The notes under the pieces: model-generated
What the model was told of the DNA's origin: nothing
Database searches by the model: none
The model's input: only the letters and a program-made list of their open reading frames with translations
IMG/VR virus record: IMGVR_UViG_3300049846_001081
Strand: one strand, 5' to 3'
DNA from: a virus
Taxonomy: Duplodnaviria; Caudoviricetes
Length of the DNA: 64,000 bases
Program-made: the position numbers and the translations under genes
In this document: positions 38,109 through 48,512 of the stretch, in pieces
Position numbering within the stretch: the first letter of the stretch is position 1
Layout of the letters: each line of letters opens with the position of its first letter

Positions 38109-39154
38109 GTGATTATAAAAAGACAGCACTTGTTCTTGGTGCTGGTGGTTTTATTGGAAGTCATATGGTAAAAAGACTTCGTGCAGAAGGATATTGGGTT
38201 CGCGGTGTAGATCTTAAACTTCCTGAGTTTTCAGAAAGTGAAGCACATGAATTTATTATTGGAGATCTGAGGGATGTTTCTTTTGTAGAAAGAGTTCTTC
38301 AGTACAAAGGTCCTTATCGTAATTTTTATAACTTTGTTCCTTCAAAGTATATTGATACCTTTGATGAGATTTATCAGTTTGCTGCTGATATGGGTGGTGC
38401 GGGATTTGTTTTCACAGGTGAAAATGATGCAGATATCATGCATAATTCAGCAACTATTAACCTCAATGTCCTTGAGGCTCAACGTCAACTCAATGATTTT
38501 AGAGAAGTAAATAAAACTAAGATTTTCTATTCTGGATCCGCTTGCATGTATCCAGAACATAATCAACTGGACCCAGACAATCCTGACTGCCGTGAAGAAT
38601 CAGCGTATCCCGCCAATCCAGACTCAGAGTATGGATGGGAAAAACTTTTTTCAGAACGCCTCTACTTTGCTTATCATCGCAACTATGGTATTCCTGTACG
38701 TGTTGCTAGATATCATAATATTTTCGGACCAGAAGGAACCTGGGAGGGTGGTAGAGAAAAAGCTCCAGCTGCCATCTGTCGTAAAGTAGCATACCTCCCC
38801 GATGAGGGTGGTGCTATTGAAGTCTGGGGTGATGGAAAGCAGACACGTTCATTTCTTTATATTGATGAGTGTATTGAAGCAACTCGTCGTTTGATGGAAT
38901 CTGATTTTATTGGACCTGTCAATATTGGTTCTGAGGAAATGGTTACTATTAATCAACTTGTGGATACTGCATCTAGGGTTGCAAATAAGAACGTGACAAA
39001 ACAACATATTGATGGACCACTTGGAGTTCGTGGTAGAAACTCCAACAATGATTTAATTAGAGAAAAACTTGGATGGGATTATTCCCAAACACTTGAGGAA
39101 GGTATTCGCAAAACGTATAAATGGATTGGAGAACAAATTGATGCAAAGGCATAA
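38105..39154 (+). CDS. GDP-mannose 3,5-epimerase-like SDR
   Basis: GAGGFIGSH, AADMGG, SACMYP, YGWEKL, GREKAPAA, GVRGRNS. Confidence 0.85.
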   Translation: MSDYKKTALVLGAGGFIGSHMVKRLRAEGYWVRGVDLKLPEFSESEAHEFIIGDLRDVSFVERVLQYKGPYRNFYNFVPSKYIDTFDEIYQFAADMGGAGFVFTGENDADIMHNSATINLNVLEAQRQLNDFREVNKTKIFYSGSACMYPEHNQLDPDNPDCREESAYPANPDSEYGWEKLFSERLYFAYHRNYGIPVRVARYHNIFGPEGTWEGGREKAPAAICRKVAYLPDEGGAIEVWGDGKQTRSFLYIDECIEATRRLMESDFIGPVNIGSEEMVTINQLVDTASRVANKNVTKQHIDGPLGVRGRNSNNDLIREKLGWDYSQTLEEGIRKTYKWIGEQIDAKA

Positions 39155-39944
39155 ATTTAATCTTGTAGGAAATACTTTTAATTATATTGATGCTCCCCGT
39201 TGTTCAGTAGCGGGAAAAGTTTCTAAGTTCACTGAATGGGTTGATGATGGTGGAGAAGGAACTTTTTATGTTGATGCTGCAATTGGTATGGCATTTGATG
39301 ATCAAAGGTCCGGTCCAAAGTATGCTTGGATTCTTGAATCTGCGGCTATTTTACCCCAAATTACTGATTGGGTTAAAATGAATTCCGATTTGGTGATGAG
39401 CACATTTGATTTTATTTTTACTCATAACCAAGAACTTCTTAAAATAAATTCTGATAAATTTAAATGGGTTCCCGCACAAGGAACTTGGATTAAGGATTTG
39501 AAAGTTTATGATAAAACCAAAATGATCTCAATGATCGCTTCAAACAAAAATATGTGTGAGGGTCATCGTAATCGTCTAGAGTGGGTTGAAAAACTTAAGG
39601 ATCAAGTTGATTTTTTTGGTAGAGGATTTCCTACAGAAATCTCTACCAAGGAAGAAGGTCTTTGTGATTATATGTTTTCTATTGCCATAGAAAATGCATC
39701 GTATGAGACTTATTTTACTGAAAAACTTCTAGATTGTTTTGCAACAGGAACTATTCCTGTTTATTATGGTGCTCCTAATATTGGAGACTATTTTAACAAA
39801 GATGGCATCATTGATTTGAGTGAAGAGTTTGATGTATCTGATGAAATCTACTATAGTAAAATGGAAGCCATTAAAGAAAATTTAGAAAAAACTAAAAAGA
39901 TGGAAGTATTAGAAGACTTTATTTGGGAGAATTATTTTTCATGA
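39141..39944 (+). CDS. Glycosyltransferase, GT10 fucosyltransferase-like
   Basis: YMFSIAIEN...YFTEKLLDCF..GTIPVYYGA. Confidence 0.8.
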   Translation: MQRHKFNLVGNTFNYIDAPRCSVAGKVSKFTEWVDDGGEGTFYVDAAIGMAFDDQRSGPKYAWILESAAILPQITDWVKMNSDLVMSTFDFIFTHNQELLKINSDKFKWVPAQGTWIKDLKVYDKTKMISMIASNKNMCEGHRNRLEWVEKLKDQVDFFGRGFPTEISTKEEGLCDYMFSIAIENASYETYFTEKLLDCFATGTIPVYYGAPNIGDYFNKDGIIDLSEEFDVSDEIYYSKMEAIKENLEKTKKMEVLEDFIWENYFS

Positions 39945-40483
39945 CAAGAGAACTTTATAATAGAGCGGCAGCAGAAGGTAAAAACCCAATGCATTACATC
40001 TATGAAGACTTAGGTATTAAGAGAGGATGTAAATATTTTGTTGAGACGGGAACACATCTTGGAGGAAGTGTTGATGTTGCACTTGAACTAGGATTTGATA
40101 AAATCTTTAGTTGTGAAATTATGGAAGATCGTTATAATTATTGCATGAAAAAATATGAAAGTAACGACAATGTTTATCTTTGGAACGGAACTTCTCTGGA
40201 TTGTTTTCCGGATATAGTAGAAAAACTTGATGAAAAATCTTTGTTTTGGCTTGATGCCCACGGAGAGGGTGGTGGGGTTCCCACATTTGAGGAGTTGGAT
40301 ATTATTGCATCATCTCCAATTAAAAATCATAGTATTCTTATTGATGATGTTCCTGTTTATTTTTCTCATAATAAACAAGAGTTGAAAGATAAAATTCTTT
40401 CAGTAAATCCAAACTATACAATCGTTGAATATCAAACAATTAATGATCACAAAGATTATGTAATAGGAGCATTTATTGAATGA
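39941..40483 (+). CDS. Putative SAM-dependent methyltransferase
   Basis: FVETGT..G, SCEI, FWLDAH, ILIDD. Confidence 0.6.
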   Translation: MTRELYNRAAAEGKNPMHYIYEDLGIKRGCKYFVETGTHLGGSVDVALELGFDKIFSCEIMEDRYNYCMKKYESNDNVYLWNGTSLDCFPDIVEKLDEKSLFWLDAHGEGGGVPTFEELDIIASSPIKNHSILIDDVPVYFSHNKQELKDKILSVNPNYTIVEYQTINDHKDYVIGAFIE

Positions 40484-41235
40484 GCGATAAAGTTTGTATA
40501 ATTAAACAACCAGCGGGAATCGGAGACATTTTTTTCTGTCAAAAAATAGCACAATCTGTTTTAGTGGAAACTGACTGTGATAGAGTTATTTGGCCTGTAG
40601 CATCAATATATTCTTATTTGAGAGATTATCTGATTGCTGAAAAGGTTGAATTTGTTGATGAAAATGTAGATTTTCCATATAAGCATGTCTATAATTCCAA
40701 TAACTTGTATATGGAACAGACAGATGAATATCTGTTCGTTCCTCTTCAAACATCAGACTATGTTCAAAAAGTGTGTAAATGTCATAATAATCACCTAGCA
40801 CATGGACATATGAAGTATGACTTTTGTAATGTTGACTACTTAGATTGGAAAGACTACTTCAATTTTAATAGAAATGATGAGCGTGAAAATAATTTAATTC
40901 AAAGAATTGGTTTAGACATAACAAAACCATATAATCTTATTAATAAAAATTCTGGAACGTATCCAAACTATGGAACCAGAGATGATCTAATTCCAGATAA
41001 TGATTATCAAAATGTTTATATGGAATTTTATGATGATGTAAATTTGTTTGATTGGATTAAAGTATTTGAAAATGCAAAAGAAATTCATACTGTAGAAACA
41101 TCTGTTTATTATATTTTAGAAAAACTTAATTTGCAAAATGTTTACATTTATGCAAAACCAACACCCCAAAATAGGGCAAATGATTTTTCTTATATGAAAG
41201 ATCACTGTAGTAAAAATTGGAAGTATATTAATTGA
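40480..41235 (+). CDS. Putative glycosyltransferase (GT-B/GT9-like)
   Basis: N-terminal AGIGDIFF; WIKVFENAKEIHTVETS. Confidence 0.5.
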   Translation: MSDKVCIIKQPAGIGDIFFCQKIAQSVLVETDCDRVIWPVASIYSYLRDYLIAEKVEFVDENVDFPYKHVYNSNNLYMEQTDEYLFVPLQTSDYVQKVCKCHNNHLAHGHMKYDFCNVDYLDWKDYFNFNRNDERENNLIQRIGLDITKPYNLINKNSGTYPNYGTRDDLIPDNDYQNVYMEFYDDVNLFDWIKVFENAKEIHTVETSVYYILEKLNLQNVYIYAKPTPQNRANDFSYMKDHCSKNWKYIN

Positions 41236-41239
41236 AAAA

Positions 41240-42250
41240 ATGAAAGCAGCGGTATTAGTGGAAATTGATAAACCACTTGCAATTAAAGAAGTGGAACTTA
41301 CTGAATTGAAAGTAGGGCAGGTTCTAGTTAAAGTTCTTGTAAGTGGTTTGTGTGGGGCACAACTTCATGAGATTAGGGGGCATAAGGGAAATGCAAAATT
41401 TCTTCCCCATCTAATGGGTCATGAGGGTTGTGGTGTTGTTCAGGAAGTTGGTCCTGGTGTTACAACTGTGAAAGTTGGAGACAAAGTTGTAATGCATTGG
41501 AGACCTGGAACTGGTATTGAAGCACCATTTCCGACTTATGTTATGGATGGAAAAAATATGAGTAGTGGTAAAGTAACCACTCTCAGTGAATACTCCATTG
41601 TTTCTGAAAATAGACTAACAGTTGTTCCTCAAGATACTCCTCCAGAACTTTGTGCAATTCTTGGATGTGCTCTTACGACAGCAATGGGTATCATTGATAA
41701 TGAAGTTGACTTGAAGTTTGGTGAAAGTGTTGCTGTTGTTGGAACTGGTGGTGTTGGTTTGAATTTAATTCAAGCTGCAGCAATGAAAAGTGCTTGTCCA
41801 ATTTATGCTGTAGACAATAATCTTACAAAAAAAGAGTTGTGCTTTTCAGCAGGAGCTTCATTATTCACAAATTCTGTTCTCAATATTGAAGAACCTGTAG
41901 ATGTGATCATTGATACTACTGGAATTCCTGAAGTTATTTCTCAGTCAATATCTAAACTTTCTGGTAAAGGTAGAATGATTCTTGTTGGACAACCAGCCCC
42001 AGGAAAAATGGTTGAGGTTATGAATGCCGTAAATCTTTTTAATGGCATCGGTCAAAGTATTAAGGCAACCCAAGGAGGAAAAACTAATCCTCATGAAGAT
42101 ATTCCTAGATATGTAAAACTGCATCAAAATGGTCTACTAGATATTAGTAAGTTAATTACTCATACATTTACACTAGATGAAGTAAATGATGCATTTGACT
42201 TGTTAAAAACTGGTAATGCTGGTAGAATTATTGTTGAAATAGGAGTTTAA
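41240..42250 (+). CDS. Zn-binding medium-chain dehydrogenase
   Basis: GLCG, GHEGCG, GTGGVG. Confidence 0.88.
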   Translation: MKAAVLVEIDKPLAIKEVELTELKVGQVLVKVLVSGLCGAQLHEIRGHKGNAKFLPHLMGHEGCGVVQEVGPGVTTVKVGDKVVMHWRPGTGIEAPFPTYVMDGKNMSSGKVTTLSEYSIVSENRLTVVPQDTPPELCAILGCALTTAMGIIDNEVDLKFGESVAVVGTGGVGLNLIQAAAMKSACPIYAVDNNLTKKELCFSAGASLFTNSVLNIEEPVDVIIDTTGIPEVISQSISKLSGKGRMILVGQPAPGKMVEVMNAVNLFNGIGQSIKATQGGKTNPHEDIPRYVKLHQNGLLDISKLITHTFTLDEVNDAFDLLKTGNAGRIIVEIGV

Positions 42251-42253
42251 TAG

Positions 42254-43456
42254 ATGAGAGGAACTGATTGGACCCCCGAAACACTGAAAGAATTTTCTGA
42301 TCATATTGCAGAAGTTCATGATGCAGGATATCTTCCATTTACTGTTCATTTGTGTGGCGGTAATGAACAACAGTTGATTGATATCTTTGCAGATATCAAA
42401 GAGAATGATTATGTTCTTTCTACACATAGAAATTCTTATCATGCTCTTCTTCATGGTATTTCTCCAGAAGAAGTAGAGGAAAAGATTCGTACTGGTAGAA
42501 GTATGTTTATGTTTGATCGTAAACGTAATTTCTATGTGTCAGCAATCATCGGTGGAACGCCTGGAATTGCTGTTGGTATCGGATGGGCTCTGAAGAGGAA
42601 AAAGTCGGATCAAAGGGTTTGGTGTTTTGTTGGTGATGGAATTGAAGACACTGGACACTTCGCGGAAGCTGTGCGTTACGTTGATGGTTGGGATCTTCCA
42701 GTGACTTTTGTTATTGAAGATGATGGAATGGCTGTTAATGCGTCCAAAAAATCACGTTGGGGTAAAGACGAAGATATTCAATGGCCATCTTGTGTGTTGA
42801 GGTATCACTATACCAAAACACGTCCACATATTCGCACTGGAAACTTTGCTCCTTTGGATGTAATGAAGTCGGTCATGAAAACCGATGAAGAATATTTCCC
42901 TCTTCTTGAAGAACGTCCTGTCAATTTAAATATTGAAAAAACAGATCTTTCCTTTAAAAATGCAGTCACACTTGCAATGACTGAAATGGGAAATGACGGT
43001 AATATCTTTATTGGTTATAGTATTGTTCCTGGTGATGCAATGGAAACACTTAAAAATGTTAACCTGGATCAAAAAATTGAAACTCCAGTTGCAGAAAACT
43101 TAATGGTTGGATTGGCAATTGGAATGGCATTTGAAGGATTTAGACCTGTTGTTTATTTTGAACGACATGATTTTATGTTGGTCGCAGCTGATGCAATCGT
43201 AAATCATGTTGATAAAATTGAAAGAATTTCTCATGGCGAATTTAAATGTCCTGTCATTCTAAAGACTGTTGTTGATGACAGCACTCTTTTCTATTCTGGT
43301 CCAACACATGAACAAGATTTTACTGAAGGTTTCCGTGCTCTAGTTGATTTTCCTGTATTAGATCCTCAGTCTCCTGATGAAGTTCTTGCTGCTTACAGAT
43401 ATGCCCAGCAAAGTGATAGACCAGTAATGGTTGTTGAGCATAAAAAATTCTTCTGA
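42254..43456 (+). CDS. TPP-dependent enzyme, fused E1-alpha-like and pyrimidine-binding domains
   Basis: STHR, VGDG TPP motif, ETPVAEN...GLAIG; transketolase C-terminal domain absent. Confidence 0.8.
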   Translation: MRGTDWTPETLKEFSDHIAEVHDAGYLPFTVHLCGGNEQQLIDIFADIKENDYVLSTHRNSYHALLHGISPEEVEEKIRTGRSMFMFDRKRNFYVSAIIGGTPGIAVGIGWALKRKKSDQRVWCFVGDGIEDTGHFAEAVRYVDGWDLPVTFVIEDDGMAVNASKKSRWGKDEDIQWPSCVLRYHYTKTRPHIRTGNFAPLDVMKSVMKTDEEYFPLLEERPVNLNIEKTDLSFKNAVTLAMTEMGNDGNIFIGYSIVPGDAMETLKNVNLDQKIETPVAENLMVGLAIGMAFEGFRPVVYFERHDFMLVAADAIVNHVDKIERISHGEFKCPVILKTVVDDSTLFYSGPTHEQDFTEGFRALVDFPVLDPQSPDEVLAAYRYAQQSDRPVMVVEHKKFF

Positions 43457-44307
43457 TGAAAACATATCTTTCTGTGGGAATCGGGGACATGATGTGCCTT
43501 GATTCTCTTCTTGTTGATGAAGAGCGAGAGAGCATAACCGAAATTTATTGGGCATGTAGATTCGGTAAAGTCCTTGCGCCATTAATGCAGAACAATCCAG
43601 GTTATCCAAATTTAAAAGGTCAATATTTTATTGATGACGAAATTGGAAAGAATGCAATGGAAAATTTAGATCCTGTTGCAATTCCATTCTGGCACTTTAG
43701 ACCAGACTTTCCAAGAAATTTTCAAATAGGATTATCTTTGTTTGGTTTAAGTTCCGAGGATGTTCAAGCAATTGATGTTGCTGGAACTTTTGCTGAAGTT
43801 TGTGATGGCGTAAAAAGAGGAGTTCCAAAAGAAAATTTATTTTTTGAATCTACGTTTATTAAGTATTCAAATAAACCTTCATATTCAAATTACATTTTGT
43901 TTCATTATCCGACATCAACAAGACCCAAACAAGACATTGCTCAAATAACCGATAATGACTGGAAGTTTGTTGAGGAATTATCACTTAAAACTAATAGAAA
44001 AGTGGTGGTGGTATCTGACCATGAAATAAAAATTCCTTTATCAAATTTTGAGGTTTTAATTAATCCTGATATTCAACTTGTTGTTGATTTAATTTCTCAC
44101 TGTGATTACTATGCTGGATGCGATTCTTTTTGTTCTATTCTTGCATCAAAAAGACTTCCAAAAGAAAATCTGTATGTAAAAACACATGATGTAAATATTA
44201 CTACTAATTTGTTAAATGGAAATTGTGGGTTTATGTATTCTTATTTCAATCCACATTCACCAGAGGATATTGCATATTTCTATAAATCATACCTTGGAGA
44301 ACCGTGA
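43456..44307 (+). CDS. Putative GT9 heptosyltransferase-like protein
   Basis: VGIGDMMCLDSL resembles WaaF WVGDMMM; LISHCDYYAGCDS resembles the GT9 C-terminal motif; adjacent to ADP-heptose genes. Confidence 0.5.
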   Translation: MKTYLSVGIGDMMCLDSLLVDEERESITEIYWACRFGKVLAPLMQNNPGYPNLKGQYFIDDEIGKNAMENLDPVAIPFWHFRPDFPRNFQIGLSLFGLSSEDVQAIDVAGTFAEVCDGVKRGVPKENLFFESTFIKYSNKPSYSNYILFHYPTSTRPKQDIAQITDNDWKFVEELSLKTNRKVVVVSDHEIKIPLSNFEVLINPDIQLVVDLISHCDYYAGCDSFCSILASKRLPKENLYVKTHDVNITTNLLNGNCGFMYSYFNPHSPEDIAYFYKSYLGEP

Positions 44308-45032
44308 AAAAAATACTAGTTATTGGTGAAAGCTGTAGAGATGTATTTGTTTATTGCCATTCAAATAGATTATGTCCAGAAGCACCTGTTCCAGTATTGA
44401 ATATTGTAGATCAAAGAGAAAATCCTGGAATGGCTGGAAATGTCCGTAGAAATATTGAAAGTATATATGGAAAAGTTGATATTCATACTAATAAGGATTG
44501 GTATGAAATAACCAAAACTAGATATGTTCATCAAGAAACTAACCATATGTTTTTCAGGGTTGATACCACTCAAGAAATAAAAAGAACTAGTGTTAAAAAA
44601 ATAGATCTAGATTGTGAGGTCATTGTCATTTCAGATTATAACAAAGGATTTTTAACTGAAGAAGATATAGAATATATTTGTTCTAATCATAACAATGTTT
44701 TTATAGATACTAAAAAGATTCTTGGTGATTGGGTAACTAAAGCAAGATTTATTAAAATCAATGATTATGAATTTAGTAATTCCGAAAGTTTTATAACCGA
44801 AGAAATATCTTCTAAAATTATTCATACGATGGGTGGATTAGGATGTGAATATCAAGGTAAACGATATCCGACAAAAAAGGTAGAAGTTAAGGATTTGTCT
44901 GGTGCAGGAGACACCTTTATGGCTTCTTTGGTAGTTAAATTTGTGGAAACGGATGATATTATCCAAAGCATTAAATATGCAAATCAATGTGCATCTAAAG
45001 TTGTGACACAGAAGGGAGTTAGTGTAATATGA
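44304..45032 (+). CDS. hldA: Heptose-7-phosphate kinase (HldE kinase domain, PfkB)
   Basis: RLCPEAPVPV, GMAGNV, KTRY, SDYNKG, DLSGAGDT. Confidence 0.85.
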   Translation: MKKILVIGESCRDVFVYCHSNRLCPEAPVPVLNIVDQRENPGMAGNVRRNIESIYGKVDIHTNKDWYEITKTRYVHQETNHMFFRVDTTQEIKRTSVKKIDLDCEVIVISDYNKGFLTEEDIEYICSNHNNVFIDTKKILGDWVTKARFIKINDYEFSNSESFITEEISSKIIHTMGGLGCEYQGKRYPTKKVEVKDLSGAGDTFMASLVVKFVETDDIIQSIKYANQCASKVVTQKGVSVI

Positions 45033-45805
45033 TTATTTTGACAGGATCTAACGGATTTATTGGAAGAAACTTTAAATCCAAATTAGAAAATATAATTGAA
45101 TTAGATCAACATAACTGTTGGGAGTTTTTTAGAACCTTTGAACAATGGAAAGAAGTTGATTTGATTATTCATCAAGGAGCTATTTCTTCTACTGTTGAAA
45201 CTGATATTACAAAGATACATCAATATAATGTTGAATATACTTTGAAATTGTTTTCATATGCAATGCGATATGGTATTCCTGTAAAGTATGCCTCTTCCGC
45301 ATCAGTATATGGAAATACAAGAGGGCAAATTAATCCATTAAATTACTATGCAATTAGTAAGTTGCAGATTGATTATTTCGTTCAGGACAATCTTGAAAAG
45401 TTTTCTAGTATCCAAGGGTTTAGATACTTTAATGTATATGGAAAGTATGAGGACAATAAAGGAGACCAAGCAAGTCCCGTAAGTAAATTTACAAAACAAA
45501 TTAAAGAAACTGGTAAGTTAAAATTATTTGAAGGATCTGATAAATTTTTTAGGGACTTTATTTGTGTAGATGATCTTGTAAACGTTGTTCTTAATAATGA
45601 GAATCCATCAGGGATTTATGATTTAGGTACAAGTAATCCTGTAAGTTTTCAACACGTTGCAGAATGCGTTGCTAGAAAGTATAATGGTGAAATAGAATAT
45701 ATTTCTTTCCCAGATCACTTGAAAGGCAAGTATCAAGACTATACTTGTGCAAAAAATGAGTGGAAAGATTATCAATTTAAAACTGTTGAAGAATACTTAA
45801 CATGA
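45029..45805 (+). CDS. hldD: ADP-L-glycero-D-manno-heptose 6-epimerase-like
   Basis: HQGAISST, YASSASVYG, PLNYYAISK, FRYFNVYG, RDFICVDD, YQDYTCA. Confidence 0.8.
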   Translation: MIILTGSNGFIGRNFKSKLENIIELDQHNCWEFFRTFEQWKEVDLIIHQGAISSTVETDITKIHQYNVEYTLKLFSYAMRYGIPVKYASSASVYGNTRGQINPLNYYAISKLQIDYFVQDNLEKFSSIQGFRYFNVYGKYEDNKGDQASPVSKFTKQIKETGKLKLFEGSDKFFRDFICVDDLVNVVLNNENPSGIYDLGTSNPVSFQHVAECVARKYNGEIEYISFPDHLKGKYQDYTCAKNEWKDYQFKTVEEYLT

Positions 45806-46206
45806 TTACTGTATGGGTAAATGGATGCTTTGATATTTTGCATCCAGGTCATATTGAACTTTTTAAGGTCGCTAAGTCTCTTGGCGACCGTTTAATTGTT
45901 GGTGTAGATGAGGATCATAAAGTCAAAAATGATAAGGGATCGGATAGACCAATCAATCCTTTATTTTTTAGGAAGACTATGTTAGAATCAATCAAGTATA
46001 TTGATTTGGTTTTACCTTTTGGGAGTAGACTTGAACTAGAACAACTTATTGAACTTTATAGTCCAGATATACTTTTAGTTGGTGGTGATTGGAGAGAAGG
46101 AGATGTTGTTGGTAGAGAGTTTGCAAAAGAGGTAAGATTTTTTAATCGTATTGGAAATTATTCAACCACGGATATTATTTCAAAAATTCATGAAGTACAT
46201 TGTTGA
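45802..46206 (+). CDS. hldC: Heptose-1-phosphate adenylyltransferase (HldE C-terminal domain)
   Basis: NGCFDILHPGH, KG..RPIN, VGGDW, YSTT. Confidence 0.85.
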   Translation: MITVWVNGCFDILHPGHIELFKVAKSLGDRLIVGVDEDHKVKNDKGSDRPINPLFFRKTMLESIKYIDLVLPFGSRLELEQLIELYSPDILLVGGDWREGDVVGREFAKEVRFFNRIGNYSTTDIISKIHEVHC

Positions 46207-46513
46207 TATTGACGGAACTATTTGCACTCCTGTTTCTAATGGAAACTATGAAGAAGCAACATCAATTCCCTCTCATATTAAAAAAATAAATAAACTATAC
46301 GATGAAGGACATACAATCGTATATCTAACAGCTAGAGGAATGGGTCGTTACGGCGACAATGCAGACCTAGCACGAAAAATGTTTTATGAACTAACTGCAA
46401 ATCAATTAGATGAGTGGGGATGTAAATATCACAAACTGATGCTTGGAAAACCCTCTGGGGATTTTTATATTGACGATAAAGGTGTAAATTCAAATGACTT
46501 CTTCGGAGATTAA
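46190..46513 (+). CDS. HAD-family phosphatase
   Basis: VDIDGTIC, LTARG, GKP.GDFYIDDK. Confidence 0.8.
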   Translation: MKYIVDIDGTICTPVSNGNYEEATSIPSHIKKINKLYDEGHTIVYLTARGMGRYGDNADLARKMFYELTANQLDEWGCKYHKLMLGKPSGDFYIDDKGVNSNDFFGD

Positions 46514-46850
46514 ATTTGTTCCCAAAGGTTGGGGATTTGAAAAGTGGATTGTGAATTGTGAAGAATACTGTGGAAAAATTCTTTATTTTGTGAAAGATAG
46601 GAAATGTTCATGGCATTATCATAAACTTAAGGATGAAGTTTTTTATGTTCAGAGTGGTAAAATTGCAGTAAAATATTCTGATACTGATGATTTAGAAACA
46701 GCAAAAGTAATAGTTCTATGCAAAGGAGATAAGTTTCATGTCTATAGGGGTCTTAGGCATCAAATGATTGCTCTTGAGGATACAGAATTATTTGAATTTT
46801 CTACACAACATTTTGATGAAGATAGTTATAGGGTGATGAAAGGGGATTAA
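46494..46850 (+). CDS. Cupin-fold sugar isomerase-like protein
   Basis: PKGWG, SWHYHKLKDE, LRHQM, EFST. Confidence 0.7.
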   Translation: MTSSEIKFVPKGWGFEKWIVNCEEYCGKILYFVKDRKCSWHYHKLKDEVFYVQSGKIAVKYSDTDDLETAKVIVLCKGDKFHVYRGLRHQMIALEDTELFEFSTQHFDEDSYRVMKGD

Positions 46851-46851
46851 T

Positions 46852-47709
46852 ATGATTGGAATGAATAAACTGGGAACCAAGGGTAGACTTGGTAACCAAA
46901 TGTTTCAGTATGCTTCTTTAGTTGGAATTGCAAAGAATATGGGATATGAACATTGTATCCCAGATCATTCTGAGGCAAAATGGTTTCATAAACATGTTGG
47001 TGATGAAATTGTTACTGTAAATCATCACTTACAACACTTGTTTGAACTTAATCATCTTGATGGTAGATTTGGTTTAATTGATGGATATGAAGTTGATGTA
47101 CATCAACATGAATTTTGTGAAGAATTATTCAATGAATGTCCAGATAATGCAAGTCTTTATGGGCATTTTGAAAGTTATAAGTATTTTAAAAATGCAGAAG
47201 ATGAAGTTAGGAATGACTTTGTTTTCAAAGAAAAATATTTGGAAGGCGTGGAAGCATTCCATAAAAAGAATAAAACTGATAATCCAGTTTGTTTAAACAT
47301 TAGACGGGGTAAAGATTTTATTAGAGTTCAAGACTATCACGCTATTTGTACTGAAAAGTATTACTTAGACTGTATTGAGGATCTTGGGAAAGATCGTCAA
47401 TACATTGTTATATCTGACGATATTGAATGGTGTAAAACTGTTTTTATAGGAAATAATTTTTTATTCAGCGATGGAGAGCGAGAAGAAAATCAAAAAGCAT
47501 ATCATGATATGTGCTTAGGAGCTTCTTGTTCAGATTTTATTATTTCCAATAGTACATTTTCTTGGTGGATATCTTATCTAAGTAAGAATAAAAATAAAAA
47601 AATCTATGCCCCAGATCCTTGGTTTGGTCCTGCTTTGCAACATTTAGATACATCTGGTTATTATCTCCCAGAAACAATAAAAGTTAATCGTGAGGTTGTT
47701 AAAGTATGA
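46852..47709 (+). CDS. Alpha-1,2-fucosyltransferase-like (GT11)
   Basis: GRLGNQMFQYA, NIRRG, SDD, SNSTFSWW. Confidence 0.88.
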   Translation: MIGMNKLGTKGRLGNQMFQYASLVGIAKNMGYEHCIPDHSEAKWFHKHVGDEIVTVNHHLQHLFELNHLDGRFGLIDGYEVDVHQHEFCEELFNECPDNASLYGHFESYKYFKNAEDEVRNDFVFKEKYLEGVEAFHKKNKTDNPVCLNIRRGKDFIRVQDYHAICTEKYYLDCIEDLGKDRQYIVISDDIEWCKTVFIGNNFLFSDGEREENQKAYHDMCLGASCSDFIISNSTFSWWISYLSKNKNKKIYAPDPWFGPALQHLDTSGYYLPETIKVNREVVKV

Positions 47710-48512
47710 TGGATTTAACTTTTCTTATCCCAACAAGAATTGAAACAGAAGATAGATTGCGAAACATCATTTCTTCAGTCTCTTATTTGTTGAGGCATAT
47801 ACCAGCAAAAGTAATCGTTAAAGAAGTATCAAATCATCCTACATTTCAGTTTAGGGCTTTACCTGAAATTAGGAAATATGCAAACACAGAAAATTTGACT
47901 TTTTTATATGAAGAAAGTAATGAATCATTGTTTTGCAAAAGTAAAGTCTTAAATGATTTAATCGTTGCATCTGATACTAAAGTTGTGGCAAATTATGATG
48001 CAGATTGTATCCTTCCAATTTCATCTTACCACCAAGCATATGGTGCTATTAATGATGGGCAAGCAGATGTAGTGTATCCATATGGTTGTGGTATCTATCA
48101 GTGGAAAGCAAATTATAGTATGCAAATCTATGAGGAGTTTGTAAATCAACTTGATACATCTGTTTTGGATAAAAATAAAACACTATCAAATTCAACAATT
48201 GGATGGACTCAATTTATCAATCGTCAAAAGTACATTGACTCCTATATGATGAATGAAAATTTTGTGTCATGGGGATGTGAGGATGATGAGTTTTATTATC
48301 GCATGAGTGTTCTTGGAAATCGTATTGCGAGAATTGATAATTATGTTTACCATTTAGAACATGGTAGAACTCATAATTCTTGGTTTAGTAATCCAAACTT
48401 TAATAATAACTGGCAACTTTGGAACACAATTAAAACATTTGACAGAGATAAACTTATACAGTATTATGAAAGTCAGGACTATCTTAAAATACGCAAAGAA
48501 CAATTGAAATGA
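47706..48512 (+). CDS. GT2/GT7-like glycosyltransferase
   Basis: YDAD DxD motif, NENFVSWGCEDDEF, HLEH. Confidence 0.8.
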   Translation: MMDLTFLIPTRIETEDRLRNIISSVSYLLRHIPAKVIVKEVSNHPTFQFRALPEIRKYANTENLTFLYEESNESLFCKSKVLNDLIVASDTKVVANYDADCILPISSYHQAYGAINDGQADVVYPYGCGIYQWKANYSMQIYEEFVNQLDTSVLDKNKTLSNSTIGWTQFINRQKYIDSYMMNENFVSWGCEDDEFYYRMSVLGNRIARIDNYVYHLEHGRTHNSWFSNPNFNNNWQLWNTIKTFDRDKLIQYYESQDYLKIRKEQLK

